Shown: in pieces, positions 8,006 to 17,964 of the stretch
Numbering within the stretch: the first letter of the stretch is position 1
Layout: every line of letters begins with the position of its first letter
From: Candidatus Latescibacterota bacterium
GTDB lineage: Bacteria; Latescibacterota; UBA2968; UBA8231
Assembly (NCBI GenBank): GCA_965203175.1
Contig: OZ241867.1
Span: 3,360,001 to 3,424,000 of the forward strand
Length of the DNA: 64,000 nt
Direction: 5' to 3'
Made by a program: the position numbers and the translations under genes
Notes under the pieces: generated by a model
Told to the model about the DNA's origin: nothing
The model's input: only the letters and a program-made list of their open reading frames with translations
Database searches by the model: none

Positions 8006-10627
8006 TTATTCCCCATTCTTAATTTTCTCTTTCCACTCATTCAGCTTGAGCAACGCCTGAAGCGGCGTAATCTGGCTGAGGTCCATGTCCCGCAACTCCG
8101 CCACCCACGGCGCGTCCGCAGGCGCGGGGAAGAGATTGAGTTGGGGTTGAGGGGCGGGTGGGGGCACATCCGGGCTATGGATGTCCTTGGTGTCGATCTG
8201 GTCCTTTTCGAGGCGGGCGAGGATTTCTTGGGCGCGTGCGACGACTTGGGCCGGCATCCCGGCCATCTGCGCGACGTTGATGCCGTAGCTTTGGTCGGCA
8301 GATCCCGGGGCTAGGCGGTGGAGGAACACCACGTGGTCACCTTCTTCGCGCACTTGGACGTTGAAGTTGACGACGCGCTCTAAGTGGCTTTCGAGTTCGG
8401 TCATCTCGTGGTAGTGCGTGGCAAACAGGGTGCGCGGGTGAACCTCGCTGTGCTGGTGCAAGTATTCGACAATAGCCCAGGCAATGCTCAGGCCGTCGAA
8501 GGTGCTCGTGCCGCGGCCGAGCTCGTCGATGAGGAGCAAGCTGCGGCTGGTGGCATTGTTGAGGATATTGGCCGCCTCGTGCATCTCCACCATGAAGGTG
8601 CTCTCGCCACCGGCGAGGTTGTCGGACGCGCCCACGCGGGTGAAGATGCGATCGACCACGCCGATGGTGGCTTGGCGCGCGGGGACGAAGCTGCCCATCT
8701 GCGCCATCAGCGCGATGAGACCCACTTGGCGGATGATGGTGCTCTTGCCAGCCATATTCGGGCCGGTGATGAGCATGATCTGCGCGCCGTTGGCGTCGAG
8801 GCGCACATCGTTGGGCACGAAGCTGCCCGTGCGGAGCTGGCGCTCGACGACTGGGTGGCGGCCGTCGCTGATTTTGATTAGTTGGCCGTCGTCAACTTGG
8901 GGCCGGGTGTAGGATTCGCTCTCGGCGACTTCGGCGAGGGAATACAGCACGTCGATGCGCGCGATGGCACGGGCGATCTGCTGGACTTGGGGCGTCCAGC
9001 GGGCGGCGCGGTCGCGCAGGGCCAAGAACAGCTCGTTCTCCAGCTCTTTGAGGCGATCCTCGGCCCCTAGGACCTTTTCCTCGTACTCCTTTAGCTCGGG
9101 CGTGATGAAGCGCTCTGCGTTGGCCAAGGTCTGTTTGCGATGGTACTCCTCGGGGGTTTTGTCGAGGTTGGCCTTGCTGATTTCGATGTAGTAGCCAAAG
9201 ACTTGGTTGTAGCCGATTTTGAGCGAGGCAATGCCAGTGCGCTCGCGCTCGGTAGCCTGCAAGCGGGCGATGTAGTCCTTGCCGCCGCGGGCGATCTGCC
9301 GCAACTGATCGACGTCTGGGTGATAGCCGTCGCGGATTAGGCCGCCGTCGGTCAGGGTCGCTGGAGGTGCGTCCACTAGTGCGCCGAGGGTTTCGGCGAC
9401 CAATTCGCTGACGTCGGGTAGCCCCTTGGAGCAAAGCTCTTGCAAGAGCTCGCTCTGCGCTGGGGATAGTGCGGTGCCAATGGCGGGCGCGAGGTCGAGC
9501 GAGCGGGCGAGGGCCACCATGTCGCGGGCGTTGGCCCGCAGGCAACAAATCCGCGCGATTAGCCGCTCTAGATCGCCGACCTGCTCTAGGCATTGGCCGA
9601 GGGTGCGGCGGAGCTCGCGCTGGTGTAGGAGTTCGTCAACGGCCTCTAAGCGGGCGCTGATTAAGGGTGGGGACTTGAGCGGCTGGGCCACCCATTGGCG
9701 CAACAGACGCGCGCCCATAGGGGTGCGGGTGCGGTCGAGGATTTCGAGTAAGGTGTTGGCGCGGCCCCCGTCTTGGCGATTGGCAAGGAGTTCTAGATTG
9801 CGCTGGGCCGTGGCGTCGATGAGAGCAAAGTGCTCGCGGTACTTGCGCTGGAGGCGGTTGATGTGCTCGACTGCACCGCGCTGGTTGTCGCGCAAATAGG
9901 CCACTGTCGCCCCACCGGCGCGGATGGCAGCTTCCATGTCGTCGCAGCCAAAGCCCTTCAGCGTCTGGACGCGGAGCTGGCTGGTGAGGGTTTCGTACGC
10001 GGTATCCGCGGCGAAGTGCCAGTCCGCGAGGCGGCTGAGCGCCACGTTTGGCAGGGCGTTTTGCAGGGTGGCGACCCACTGTTCGTCGGCCCCTTCGGCG
10101 ATGAGCAGCTCGGCCGGTCCCAAGCTCTCCAGTTCGTCGGCGAGATCGCTGGCGGGGATCTCGTCGAGCGAGAAGTCTCCGGTTGACAAATCGACGCTGG
10201 CGAGGCCGACGCGGCCGGCGTGCGCGCAGAGGCCGACGAGGAAGTTGTTGCGCTGTTGGTCGAGCATGGCGTCGGCGAGCGCGGTGCCCGGGGAGACGAC
10301 CTCGACTACGTCGCGCTTGACTACGCCCTTGGCCTTTTTGGGATCTTCGATCTGCTCGCAGATGGCGACCTTGCGCCCGAGCTGGATGAGTTTGGCCAGA
10401 TAGCCTTCCATGGCGTGGTGGGGCACGCCGGCGAGGGGTAGGTCGCCGGATTTGCCAGCGGGACGCGAGGTCAGGGTGAGACCCAGCAGGCGCGCGGCCT
10501 CTTTGGCGTCGTCGCAGAACATCTCGTAGAAGTCGCCCATGCGGAAGAAGAGAATCGCGTCGGGATGCTGACGCTTAAAGTGCATGTACTGCTCCATCGC
10601 CGGCGTGAGTTTGGTTCTCGATAGCAT
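8006..10627 (-). CDS. mutS: DNA mismatch repair protein MutS
   Basis: TPAMEQY, FFRMGDFYEMF, ITGPNMAGKST, ESTFMVEM, DELGRGTST, FATHYHE. Confidence 0.99.
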   Translation of the reverse strand: MLSRTKLTPAMEQYMHFKRQHPDAILFFRMGDFYEMFCDDAKEAARLLGLTLTSRPAGKSGDLPLAGVPHHAMEGYLAKLIQLGRKVAICEQIEDPKKAKGVVKRDVVEVVSPGTALADAMLDQQRNNFLVGLCAHAGRVGLASVDLSTGDFSLDEIPASDLADELESLGPAELLIAEGADEQWVATLQNALPNVALSRLADWHFAADTAYETLTSQLRVQTLKGFGCDDMEAAIRAGGATVAYLRDNQRGAVEHINRLQRKYREHFALIDATAQRNLELLANRQDGGRANTLLEILDRTRTPMGARLLRQWVAQPLKSPPLISARLEAVDELLHQRELRRTLGQCLEQVGDLERLIARICCLRANARDMVALARSLDLAPAIGTALSPAQSELLQELCSKGLPDVSELVAETLGALVDAPPATLTDGGLIRDGYHPDVDQLRQIARGGKDYIARLQATERERTGIASLKIGYNQVFGYYIEISKANLDKTPEEYHRKQTLANAERFITPELKEYEEKVLGAEDRLKELENELFLALRDRAARWTPQVQQIARAIARIDVLYSLAEVAESESYTRPQVDDGQLIKISDGRHPVVERQLRTGSFVPNDVRLDANGAQIMLITGPNMAGKSTIIRQVGLIALMAQMGSFVPARQATIGVVDRIFTRVGASDNLAGGESTFMVEMHEAANILNNATSRSLLLIDELGRGTSTFDGLSIAWAIVEYLHQHSEVHPRTLFATHYHEMTELESHLERVVNFNVQVREEGDHVVFLHRLAPGSADQSYGINVAQMAGMPAQVVARAQEILARLEKDQIDTKDIHSPDVPPPAPQPQLNLFPAPADAPWVAELRDMDLSQITPLQALLKLNEWKEKIKNGE

Positions 10628-10660
10628 GATTCGGGAGGGTTAGGGGGTTGGGTTGGCAGA

Positions 10661-10698
10661 AATAAAAACGCGGTGGAACGATTGTTCGTCCCACCGCG
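10661..10698 (-). terminator. Rho-independent terminator after rpsA
   Basis: Minus strand CGCGGTGGGACGA...TCGTTCCACCGCG followed by TTTTTATT. Confidence 0.75.
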
Positions 10699-10718
10699 CT
10701 TGGTTGTTGCTGCGGGGC

Positions 10719-12608
10719 TTACGACTTGTCTTGCTCAACGTCTTGCTCAACGTCTTGCTCAACGTCTTGCTCAACGTCTTGCTCAACGTCTTGCTCAACG
10801 TCTTGCTCGGCGTCGTGGACGTCTCCCCAGCTCTCCATCTCGTCGTCCTTGTCGGCAGTGTTCTCCTCGGCGGCGACCTCTTGGACGGGATGCTCGGCTA
10901 AGTAGGCTTCGTACTCGGCTTGATCCTTGTCCTTAAAGTACTCGCGCACGCTGAGAACGATCTTTTTCTGATTCTTATCGAATTCGATGACCTCCAGCGG
11001 AAGCTCATGCCCTTCGGCAAAGCTCTGGCGCGGAGTTTGCAACCCGTCGATAGCCAACTGCGACAGCGGCACGAACCCATCGACTTCGTCGACGAGCGAG
11101 ACGACGATGCCGCGCTCGAGGATCCGCGAGATCGTGCCTCGCACCTCGACGCCTACTGCGTACTGTTCGGCGAAGCGAGGCCAGGGGTTTTCAAAGGCAT
11201 CCTTGTGGCTGAGCGAGATGCGGCGGCGCTTGATGTCGATTTCGGAGACAACTACGGGGATTACGTCGCCCTTTTTGAACATTTCGCTGGCTTGGCGAAT
11301 GCGCTTAGTCCAAGACATATCCGAAATGTGCACTAGCCCGTCGATGTTGTCCTCGATCTCGATGAAGGCCCCAAAGTTAGTCAGGCTGCATACCGTGCCC
11401 TCGATCTTGGTGCCGGGGGGGTACTTGGCGTCGAGGGTATCCCACGGATCGTCCTCGGTTTGCTTCATGCCGAGCGAGATCTTCTGGTTCTCGCTGTCGA
11501 TCTTGAGCACCTTCACCTCGACGATGTCGCCGATGTCGACCAGCTTGGAAGGATGGCGCACGTGCTGGGTCCAGGACATCTCGGAGATGTGGACTAGGCC
11601 CTCGATGCCCTCTTCTAGCTCGACGAAGGCACCGTAGTCGGTGATGGAGACCACCTTGCCGCGAACTTGGCTCTCAATCGGGTACTTCTTCTCGATGTTT
11701 TCCCACGGATGAGCCGTTAGCTGCTTAAGCCCCAAGGAGATGCGCTCGCGCTTGCGATCGTAGCTAAGCACCTTGACCTTGATGCGGTCGCCAATGGAGA
11801 CCAACTCCGAAGGGTGGTTGACGCGTCCCCACGACATGTCGGTAATGTGGAGAAGGCCATCGACGCCGCCCAAGTCGATGAAGGCACCGAAGTCGGTGAT
11901 GTTCTTGACCACGCCCTCGCGGATTTGGCCTTCCTCCAACACCTTGACGATCTCCTCGCGCATCCGCGCCCGCTCTTCCTCTAGCACAGCGCGGCGCGAG
12001 ACGACGATGTTGCGCCGCGCCTTGTTGAGCTTGATGATTTTGAAGGGGAACTCGTGGCCGATGAACTGGTCGAAGTTCTTGACCTGGCGGATGTCGATCT
12101 GTGAGCCGGGCAGAAAGGCCTCGACGCCAAATAGATTGACGACGATGCCGCCCTTGATGCGGCGCATCAGCCGGCCCTCGACAGTGTTGCCGGTGTCGTG
12201 AGCATCCTTGATCAAATCCCAGACCCGCATGAAGTCGGCCTTCTGCTTGGAAAGCACGACTTGGCCCTCTTGATCTTCGACATTCTCCAAGAAGACCTCG
12301 ATTTCTTGGCCTTTTTCAATGGATTCTGGGTCGGAAAACTCCTTGATCGGCACCGCGCCTTCGGACTTGAAGCCGATATCGACCATTACTTCGCTGGGGC
12401 CGATGGAGACGACCATGCCCTTGACGATCTGGCCCTCTTTGATGCCAGAGATACTTTCCTCGTAGAGAGCCATCAGTTCGTCGAATTGGGCCTGATCGTA
12501 CTCGGGCTTTTCCAGCTCTTCGACGCTGACGTTGCCGTACACAGGAGCTTCTTGTTGCTCTTCTGTTGCTTCCTGCTGCTCTTCTGCTACTGTGGTTTCC
12601 TCAGTCAT
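10719..12608 (-). CDS. rpsA: 30S ribosomal protein S1
   Basis: Six S1 domains (VDIGFKSEG, FGAFIDLGGVDGLLHITDMSWGR etc.), downstream of cmk. Confidence 0.98.
   Translation of the reverse strand: MTEETTVAEEQQEATEEQQEAPVYGNVSVEELEKPEYDQAQFDELMALYEESISGIKEGQIVKGMVVSIGPSEVMVDIGFKSEGAVPIKEFSDPESIEKGQEIEVFLENVEDQEGQVVLSKQKADFMRVWDLIKDAHDTGNTVEGRLMRRIKGGIVVNLFGVEAFLPGSQIDIRQVKNFDQFIGHEFPFKIIKLNKARRNIVVSRRAVLEEERARMREEIVKVLEEGQIREGVVKNITDFGAFIDLGGVDGLLHITDMSWGRVNHPSELVSIGDRIKVKVLSYDRKRERISLGLKQLTAHPWENIEKKYPIESQVRGKVVSITDYGAFVELEEGIEGLVHISEMSWTQHVRHPSKLVDIGDIVEVKVLKIDSENQKISLGMKQTEDDPWDTLDAKYPPGTKIEGTVCSLTNFGAFIEIEDNIDGLVHISDMSWTKRIRQASEMFKKGDVIPVVVSEIDIKRRRISLSHKDAFENPWPRFAEQYAVGVEVRGTISRILERGIVVSLVDEVDGFVPLSQLAIDGLQTPRQSFAEGHELPLEVIEFDKNQKKIVLSVREYFKDKDQAEYEAYLAEHPVQEVAAEENTADKDDEMESWGDVHDAEQDVEQDVEQDVEQDVEQDVEQDVEQDKS
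10728..10808. repeat. 12-bp tandem repeat (GTCTTGCTCAAC x6.75) encoding (EQDV)n at the RpsA C-terminus
   Basis: Six perfect copies plus 9 bp, read directly. Confidence 0.97.
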
Positions 12609-12689
12609 GTTGCGCAGATCCTCAAAAAGGTTAAGACGAAGCGCGCACTTCGCCTGGTGTGATACCGGCGCGGCCTTTCCGCGCCAGCG

Positions 12690-13361
12690 CTAGGCACCGC
12701 GTTGGCGAGCCAATGCGACGACGCAATCTACTTGGTCTTCCAAAGTCATGTCCGTCGTATCGATTTCGACGATCTCGGCCGCAGCGCTCGTACCTCCGTA
12801 GTCGCGCTCGGCGTCTTCCCGATCCCGGGTTTGAATGTCAGACCGGACCTGTTCCAATGTGATGCATACTCCTTTGGCAGTCAATTCCCGATGCCGCCGA
12901 AGGGTGCGCTCATCGAGATTGGCCACTAGGGCGATTTTTAGCTCGGCGTCGGGGAAGACCACCGCAGCTATGTCGCGTCCTTCGGCGACTACGCCCCCCT
13001 CCCGGCCCAATCGCTGCTGCTGGGAGACTAAAGAGTGGCGCACCAAGGGTACATCTGCGTACGCACCCGCTCGGCGGGTGATGTCGGGCCGACGAATGGC
13101 TTCGCTAATGTCCTGTCCGTCGAGCAGGACACGCCCCCGGCCAGAATCCAAATCTATGGTCGAGGTCGCCAATAGGTCTTCCAGTGCGTCCTCGTCTTCA
13201 GGTTCCACCCCACGGCGGGTCGCCGCTAAGGCTACGGCTCGGTACATGGCTCCGGTGTCGAGGTGGCGATAGCCCAGCTGCTCGGCCACCCGCCGGGCCG
13301 TGGTCGTCTTGCCGGTGCCAATGGTGCCGTCGATGGCGATGACTAGCCCTTGCCGCTTCAC
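12690..13361 (-). CDS. cmk: Cytidylate kinase
   Basis: VIAIDG..GTGKTT, LDTGAMYRA, VAEGRDI..VVFPDAELKI; start is GTG 13361 (GTGA overlap with rluB stop), not 13538. Confidence 0.93.
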   Translation of the reverse strand: MKRQGLVIAIDGTIGTGKTTTARRVAEQLGYRHLDTGAMYRAVALAATRRGVEPEDEDALEDLLATSTIDLDSGRGRVLLDGQDISEAIRRPDITRRAGAYADVPLVRHSLVSQQQRLGREGGVVAEGRDIAAVVFPDAELKIALVANLDERTLRRHRELTAKGVCITLEQVRSDIQTRDREDAERDYGGTSAAAEIVEIDTTDMTLEDQVDCVVALARQRGA

Positions 13362-14107
13362 AAACCGACCTCGGTTTTGAGACGACGAACTTCCCCAGGG
13401 CTGAGGCGGCGGTGCTGGCCTGCGGCGAGCGGGCCGAGAGTCAGCCCGGCAAATTCGACCCGCGCCAGTTGCCGCACCGGATAGCCGACGGCGCGGAGCA
13501 TGCGGCGCACTTGGCGCTTGCGTCCCTCGTGAATGCAAAGGCTCAGCCGTGCCCGCTTATGCCAACCACTGCTCCAGCGCTCCTCGACTTGGACCTGAGC
13601 CGGTGCTGTAGGCCCGTCGCCGAGCGCGATGCCTTCGCGTAGCCGGTCGAGCTGGTCCTCGTGCGGGTCGCCGCTGACGACGGCCTCGTAGCGCTTGGTG
13701 ACGACAAAGCGCGGGTGCAGCAGCCGGTGGCCGAGGGCACCATCGTCAGTCAGCAGCAAAAGCCCGGTGGTGTCGAGGTCGAGACGGCCCACGGGCACGG
13801 TGCCTGGGTGGAGGTCGGGCAAGAGGTCAAAGACCGTGGGCCGGTCGCGTGGGTCGCTACGGGTGACTAGATATCCGGCCGGTTTGTGCAAAAGTACGTA
13901 TTCGTACTGGCCGGGCAAGGCGACGACTCGACCGCGGCACTCGACTCGGTCGGTACTCACTGCGACTACTCGGCCCGGCTCGGCGACGATCTCGCCGTTG
14001 ACGCACACGGCACCACTTTGTATCAGCGCATCGCTGTGGCGGCGCGAAGCCACACCGCAGCGAGCCAAGAAGCGATTGAGACGCATTTGCGGCTCAGGAG
14101 CGTTCAC
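13358..14107 (-). CDS. rluB: rRNA pseudouridine synthase (RluB/RsuA family)
   Basis: S4 domain RLNRFLARCGVASRR, VGRLDLDTTGLLLLT, EGRKRQVRRM; follows scpAB. Confidence 0.9.
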   Translation of the reverse strand: MNAPEPQMRLNRFLARCGVASRRHSDALIQSGAVCVNGEIVAEPGRVVAVSTDRVECRGRVVALPGQYEYVLLHKPAGYLVTRSDPRDRPTVFDLLPDLHPGTVPVGRLDLDTTGLLLLTDDGALGHRLLHPRFVVTKRYEAVVSGDPHEDQLDRLREGIALGDGPTAPAQVQVEERWSSGWHKRARLSLCIHEGRKRQVRRMLRAVGYPVRQLARVEFAGLTLGPLAAGQHRRLSPGEVRRLKTEVGL

Positions 14108-14750
14108 CTTCGCCCTCTTCCTCCGCCTGCTTTTGTAGCTCGTCTAGCTCGGAGGCGAGTTGGCGGGCTGCGGTCGGCGGCTGGCCTTCGGCGAGTAGCT
14201 CTTCTAATTCCTTGGGCTTGGGTAACTCGCCCAGTCCCCGCAGCCCAAAGTGGACCAAAAATTCTCGGGTCGTGCCAAAGAGCATGGGCTTGCCAATGCC
14301 ATCGGAGCGGCCAGCGAGACGGACCATGTTGAGTTCCATCAGCGTTTGCAACACACTGGCCGAGCTGACGCCGCGGATGTTGTCGATCTCAACGCGGGTG
14401 ACCGGCTGCTTGAAGGCGACGATGGCGAGGACTTCGAGACCCGCCGGCGAAAGGCGCACTTGGCGCGAGGTCTTGTGGTACTTGCGCAGCCAAGGGGCGG
14501 ATTCTTGGCGCGAGGCGAGTTGGTAGCCGCCGGCCAATTCGACGACTTCGATCCCGTGCCCGGCCGCTTCGTACTGGGCGTTGAGCGCGTCGATGGCCTC
14601 GCGGATATCGCGGCCGTTGTACCCGGCGAGCAGATCGACGAGGCGACCGGGGGTCACCGGCTCGGTTGCCGTCAGCAGGATGGCCTCAATGATCGCGCGA
14701 GCCTGCACAGGGTTGACATCGCGCGAGGCTGCTGTGGGTTCATGGCTCAC
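14094..14750 (-). CDS. scpB: SMC-Scp complex subunit ScpB
   Basis: IIEAILL, AGGYQL, LEVLAIVAFKQPVTRVEIDNIRGV, TTREFLVHFGL. Confidence 0.95.
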   Translation of the reverse strand: MSHEPTAASRDVNPVQARAIIEAILLTATEPVTPGRLVDLLAGYNGRDIREAIDALNAQYEAAGHGIEVVELAGGYQLASRQESAPWLRKYHKTSRQVRLSPAGLEVLAIVAFKQPVTRVEIDNIRGVSSASVLQTLMELNMVRLAGRSDGIGKPMLFGTTREFLVHFGLRGLGELPKPKELEELLAEGQPPTAARQLASELDELQKQAEEEGEGERS

Positions 14751-15549
14751 GGGTCTGAATAGTCCCCGCTGCGGTTGGTTGGAGTGGTGATTGTTCGATC
14801 CAGATCTCGTCGAAGGGACGCGCCTGCTGGACGCGGACGCGCTGCAACTTGAGTAGCTCTAGAACCCCGACAAAGGTGGCTATTAGGGTTTGGCGGTCGC
14901 GGCCTTGGAGCAGGTCCATGAAGCTAATGCGCGAACGGCGCTCGAGTACCGCCAACAGATGGTCGATGCGCTCGGCGACCGAGACTTCTTCTTCGGCTAT
15001 TTGGTGTACTAGGTTTTCGGGCACGGTGTCGAGCACGTGCTTGTACACGGCCAATAGGTCGAAGAGCGATACGGGCCGGAGTTGGGCCGACTCCTCAACG
15101 CTGTCATCAGGGCCTTGGCGGCGCAGGTACACGTCGCGCCGCTCGTCTTTGCGCACGCCTAGCCAGTCGGCGATGTCCTTAAACTGCTGGTACTCTAGGA
15201 GGCGACGGACCAACTCGGCCTTTGGATCTTCCTCGCCGTCGCCCTCGCCGTCGAGACCGAGTTCCTCGCGGGGCAACATCATCTGCGACTTGATTCGCAG
15301 CAGGGTGGCCGCCATGAGGATAAAATCGCTGGCCTGTTCGATGTCGAGTTGGTGGATGTGTTGCAAGAAACCTAGGTACTGAGTGGTGATGTGGGCTATG
15401 GGAATGTCGTAGATGTCCAGCTCGTCTTTGCGTATCAGATAGAGCAACAGGTCCATCGGACCTTCAAAAACGTCGAGCTTGACTTCGTAAAGAGTAGCTT
15501 CTTCTTGTTCGATCTCGTCGCGTTCCATGAGAGCGCCTGCCTCAGTCAA
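14740..15549 (-). CDS. scpA: Segregation and condensation protein ScpA
   Basis: FEGPMDLLLYLIRKDELDIYDIPI, MAATLLRIKSQMMLP; start may be ATG 15528. Confidence 0.95.
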   Translation of the reverse strand: MTEAGALMERDEIEQEEATLYEVKLDVFEGPMDLLLYLIRKDELDIYDIPIAHITTQYLGFLQHIHQLDIEQASDFILMAATLLRIKSQMMLPREELGLDGEGDGEEDPKAELVRRLLEYQQFKDIADWLGVRKDERRDVYLRRQGPDDSVEESAQLRPVSLFDLLAVYKHVLDTVPENLVHQIAEEEVSVAERIDHLLAVLERRSRISFMDLLQGRDRQTLIATFVGVLELLKLQRVRVQQARPFDEIWIEQSPLQPTAAGTIQTREP

Positions 15550-16111
15550 TAAAAAGATACGGTTTCCAGCGCTGATCGTCGATACCGACGAAGTTGCGGA
15601 TGAAGCTCACGTTGTTGGGGCGCTTGGGTTTGGTGCGCAGCACGAGGCCGACCTGCTCGGGCAGATGTTCGCCTTTCTTATTGTTGCACAGGGCGCAGGC
15701 GCAGACGAGATTTTCCCAAGTCCCTTGGCCTCCTTTGGTGCGCGGCACGATATGATCGACCGTCAGTTTGCCGTCTTTGCTACCGCAGTACTGGCACTGG
15801 TGCTTGTCGCGCTTGAGGATATTGCGCTTGGAAAGCACGACCCGCCGGCGCGGCGCGCGGATGTAGCGCTCGAGACGAACGACGCTGGGCACTGGATAGT
15901 CTCGGGAGACCGAATGGATCACCTCGTTCATCTTCTCGACGGCTTCGGCCTTGCCGCGCAAAATCAGCAGCAAAGCCCGGCGCACGCTGCATATGCTTAG
16001 CGGCTCGTAATTTTGGTTGAGGACGAGTACGGTTTTTTCCAGCAAGAGTCTATCCACGGTGTAGAACTGACTAAACTGACTAAATTTAAAGCTACTTTTG
16101 GCATGTTCCAA
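15542..16111 (-). CDS. HNH endonuclease (McrA-like, conserved housekeeping-associated type)
   Basis: VLVLNQNYEPL, RDKHQCQYCG, TVDHIVPR..GG..WENLVCACALCNNKKG; start may lie downstream of 16111. Confidence 0.9.
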   Translation of the reverse strand: MEHAKSSFKFSQFSQFYTVDRLLLEKTVLVLNQNYEPLSICSVRRALLLILRGKAEAVEKMNEVIHSVSRDYPVPSVVRLERYIRAPRRRVVLSKRNILKRDKHQCQYCGSKDGKLTVDHIVPRTKGGQGTWENLVCACALCNNKKGEHLPEQVGLVLRTKPKRPNNVSFIRNFVGIDDQRWKPYLFID

Positions 16112-16199
16112 CCCTTGGATTGGAGTTATTAAGCTTCACCCTCCTACGGCAATTTTGCATCTCTTATAAAAAGCGTCCTAACAATGAACAAGTGCAAGG

Positions 16200-16592
16200 T
16201 CAATGGTTGGCGAGCAGGTTGGCGTAGTCTTGGGCGCTGAGCAAGTACTCCAAGTCCGCAGAGTCGTCAATGCGGATCTTGAGCAGCCAACCGCCGCCAT
16301 AAGGATCTTCGTTGATCTGTTCGGCCCCTTCCGCGAGGTTGTCGTTGACTTCTAGAATCTCGCCGGAGACCGGGGCTATGAGGTCGGCAACGGTCTTAAC
16401 CGCTTCGAGCGTGCCAAAGGTTTCGCTCCTTGCGATATGCTCGCCCACTTCGGGCAACTCGGCAAATACTATGTCTCCCAATTCGGTTTGCGCGAAATCC
16501 GTAATGCCAATAGTGGCGATGTCGCCTTCTAGTAGAATCCATTCGTGGCTTTCCGAGTAGAGCAAGTGTTCGGGAATCTGGGTTTGGCTCAT
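16200..16592 (-). CDS. gcvH: Glycine cleavage system H protein
   Basis: YSESHEW, GITDFAQTELGDIVF, EAVKTVAD (lipoyl Lys), INEDPYGGGW. Confidence 0.96.
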   Translation of the reverse strand: MSQTQIPEHLLYSESHEWILLEGDIATIGITDFAQTELGDIVFAELPEVGEHIARSETFGTLEAVKTVADLIAPVSGEILEVNDNLAEGAEQINEDPYGGGWLLKIRIDDSADLEYLLSAQDYANLLANH

Positions 16593-16611
16593 AATCGCCT
16601 CTCGTATTTGC

Positions 16612-17958
16612 TTAAGACGACCGCTCCGCGTTGGCTACGTAGCCGGTGTCGAATTGCCCGGCGACAAAGTCGGGGTCGTTGAGTAGGGTTTGGTGAAAGG
16701 GCAGGGTAGTGGCCACGCCTTCTATGGTGCATTCGCCTAAGACTCGACGCATCCGCGCTATGGCACCTTGGCGGTTGGGACCGTAGACGATGATTTTGGC
16801 CAGTAGAGAGTCGTAGTAAGGAGGAATCTCGTAGCCTTGGTAGATGTGGCTGTCGATGCGGACGCCGGGTCCGCCCGGCAGGTGGAGGGCCTCGATGACG
16901 CCCGAAGAGGGAATGAAGTTGCGCGCGGGATCCTCGGCGTTGATCCGGCATTCAATGGCGTGCCCTGTGAGTAGGATGTCCGCTTGGCCAAAACGCAGGG
17001 ATTCGCCGGCTGCGATGCGGATCTGTTCCCCGACTAAGTCGATGTCGGTGACCATCTCGGTGACCGGGTGTTCGACCTGGATGCGGGTATTCATCTCCAT
17101 GAAATAGAAGTTGTGGTCTGAATCGACGAGGAACTCAATGGTACCCGCGCTGTAGTAGCCGACGGCTGCTGCTCCGGCGAGGGCGGACTCGCCGAGCCGC
17201 TGGCGCAAGTCGGCATCAACTACTGGCGAGGGGCTTTCTTCCAAGAGCTTCTGGTGCCGTCGCTGGATGGAGCATTCGCGCTCGCCGAGATGGACGAGGT
17301 GTCCGTGCTGGTCGCCGAGAACTTGGATTTCAATGTGGCGCGCCTCTTCGATGGAGCGCTCCATGTACACGGCGTCGCTGGTAAAGGCGGTGCGTGCTTC
17401 GCGCCGTGCCATCTGCCAGGCTTCCTCTAACTCATCCATGGCGTGGACGATCCGCATCCCGCGCCCGCCGCCGCCAGCGGAGGCTTTGAGACGCAGTGGG
17501 AAGCCGATCTTTTCCGCCCATTGACGGGCGTCTTCTAGCGACTGGAGCGCGCCCTCGCTGCCCGGCACGACGGGCACGCCGGCCTCCTGCATGGTGTGGC
17601 GGGCGACGGCCTTGTCGCCCATTTTGCGAATGGCCGCAGTCGGCGGGCCGATGAACTGGAGGCCGCAATCGGCGCAGATTTCGGAGAAATCGGCGTTTTC
17701 GGCCAAAGGGCCGTAGCCGGGGTGGATCGCGTCGGCGTTGGTCAGTTCGGCCGCGCTGATGATATTGACGATGTTGCGGTAGCTGTCCTTGCCAGCGGCT
17801 GGCCCGATGCAGACATCCTCGTCGGCGAAAGACACGTGGAGGGAGCGGGTGTCAGCTTGGGAGTGAACGGCCACCGTCGCGATGCCCATCTCTTGGCAGG
17901 CGCGGATGACGCGCAGCGCGATTTCGCCGCGGTCGGCGATGAGGATTTTCTCGAACAC
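16612..17958 (-). CDS. accC: Acetyl-CoA carboxylase biotin carboxylase
   Basis: [56 protein letters not shown]. Confidence 0.96.
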   Translation of the reverse strand: MFEKILIADRGEIALRVIRACQEMGIATVAVHSQADTRSLHVSFADEDVCIGPAAGKDSYRNIVNIISAAELTNADAIHPGYGPLAENADFSEICADCGLQFIGPPTAAIRKMGDKAVARHTMQEAGVPVVPGSEGALQSLEDARQWAEKIGFPLRLKASAGGGGRGMRIVHAMDELEEAWQMARREARTAFTSDAVYMERSIEEARHIEIQVLGDQHGHLVHLGERECSIQRRHQKLLEESPSPVVDADLRQRLGESALAGAAAVGYYSAGTIEFLVDSDHNFYFMEMNTRIQVEHPVTEMVTDIDLVGEQIRIAAGESLRFGQADILLTGHAIECRINAEDPARNFIPSSGVIEALHLPGGPGVRIDSHIYQGYEIPPYYDSLLAKIIVYGPNRQGAIARMRRVLGECTIEGVATTLPFHQTLLNDPDFVAGQFDTGYVANAERSS

Positions 17959-17964
17959 AGCCTC

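Noticed and set aside
10653-10936. ORFs with (LLNV)n and (LAQR)n repeats
   Set aside because: Alternative-frame readings of the rpsA 12-bp repeat
13362-13538. Long N-terminal extension of Cmk in the ORF track
   Set aside because: It overlaps rluB in another frame; the GTG at 13361 gives a normal-length protein
15542-16111. HNH next to scpAB as a Wadjet-like defence system
   Set aside because: ScpA/ScpB are canonical housekeeping types in the usual scpA-scpB-rluB-cmk-rpsA context, with no JetC/JetD
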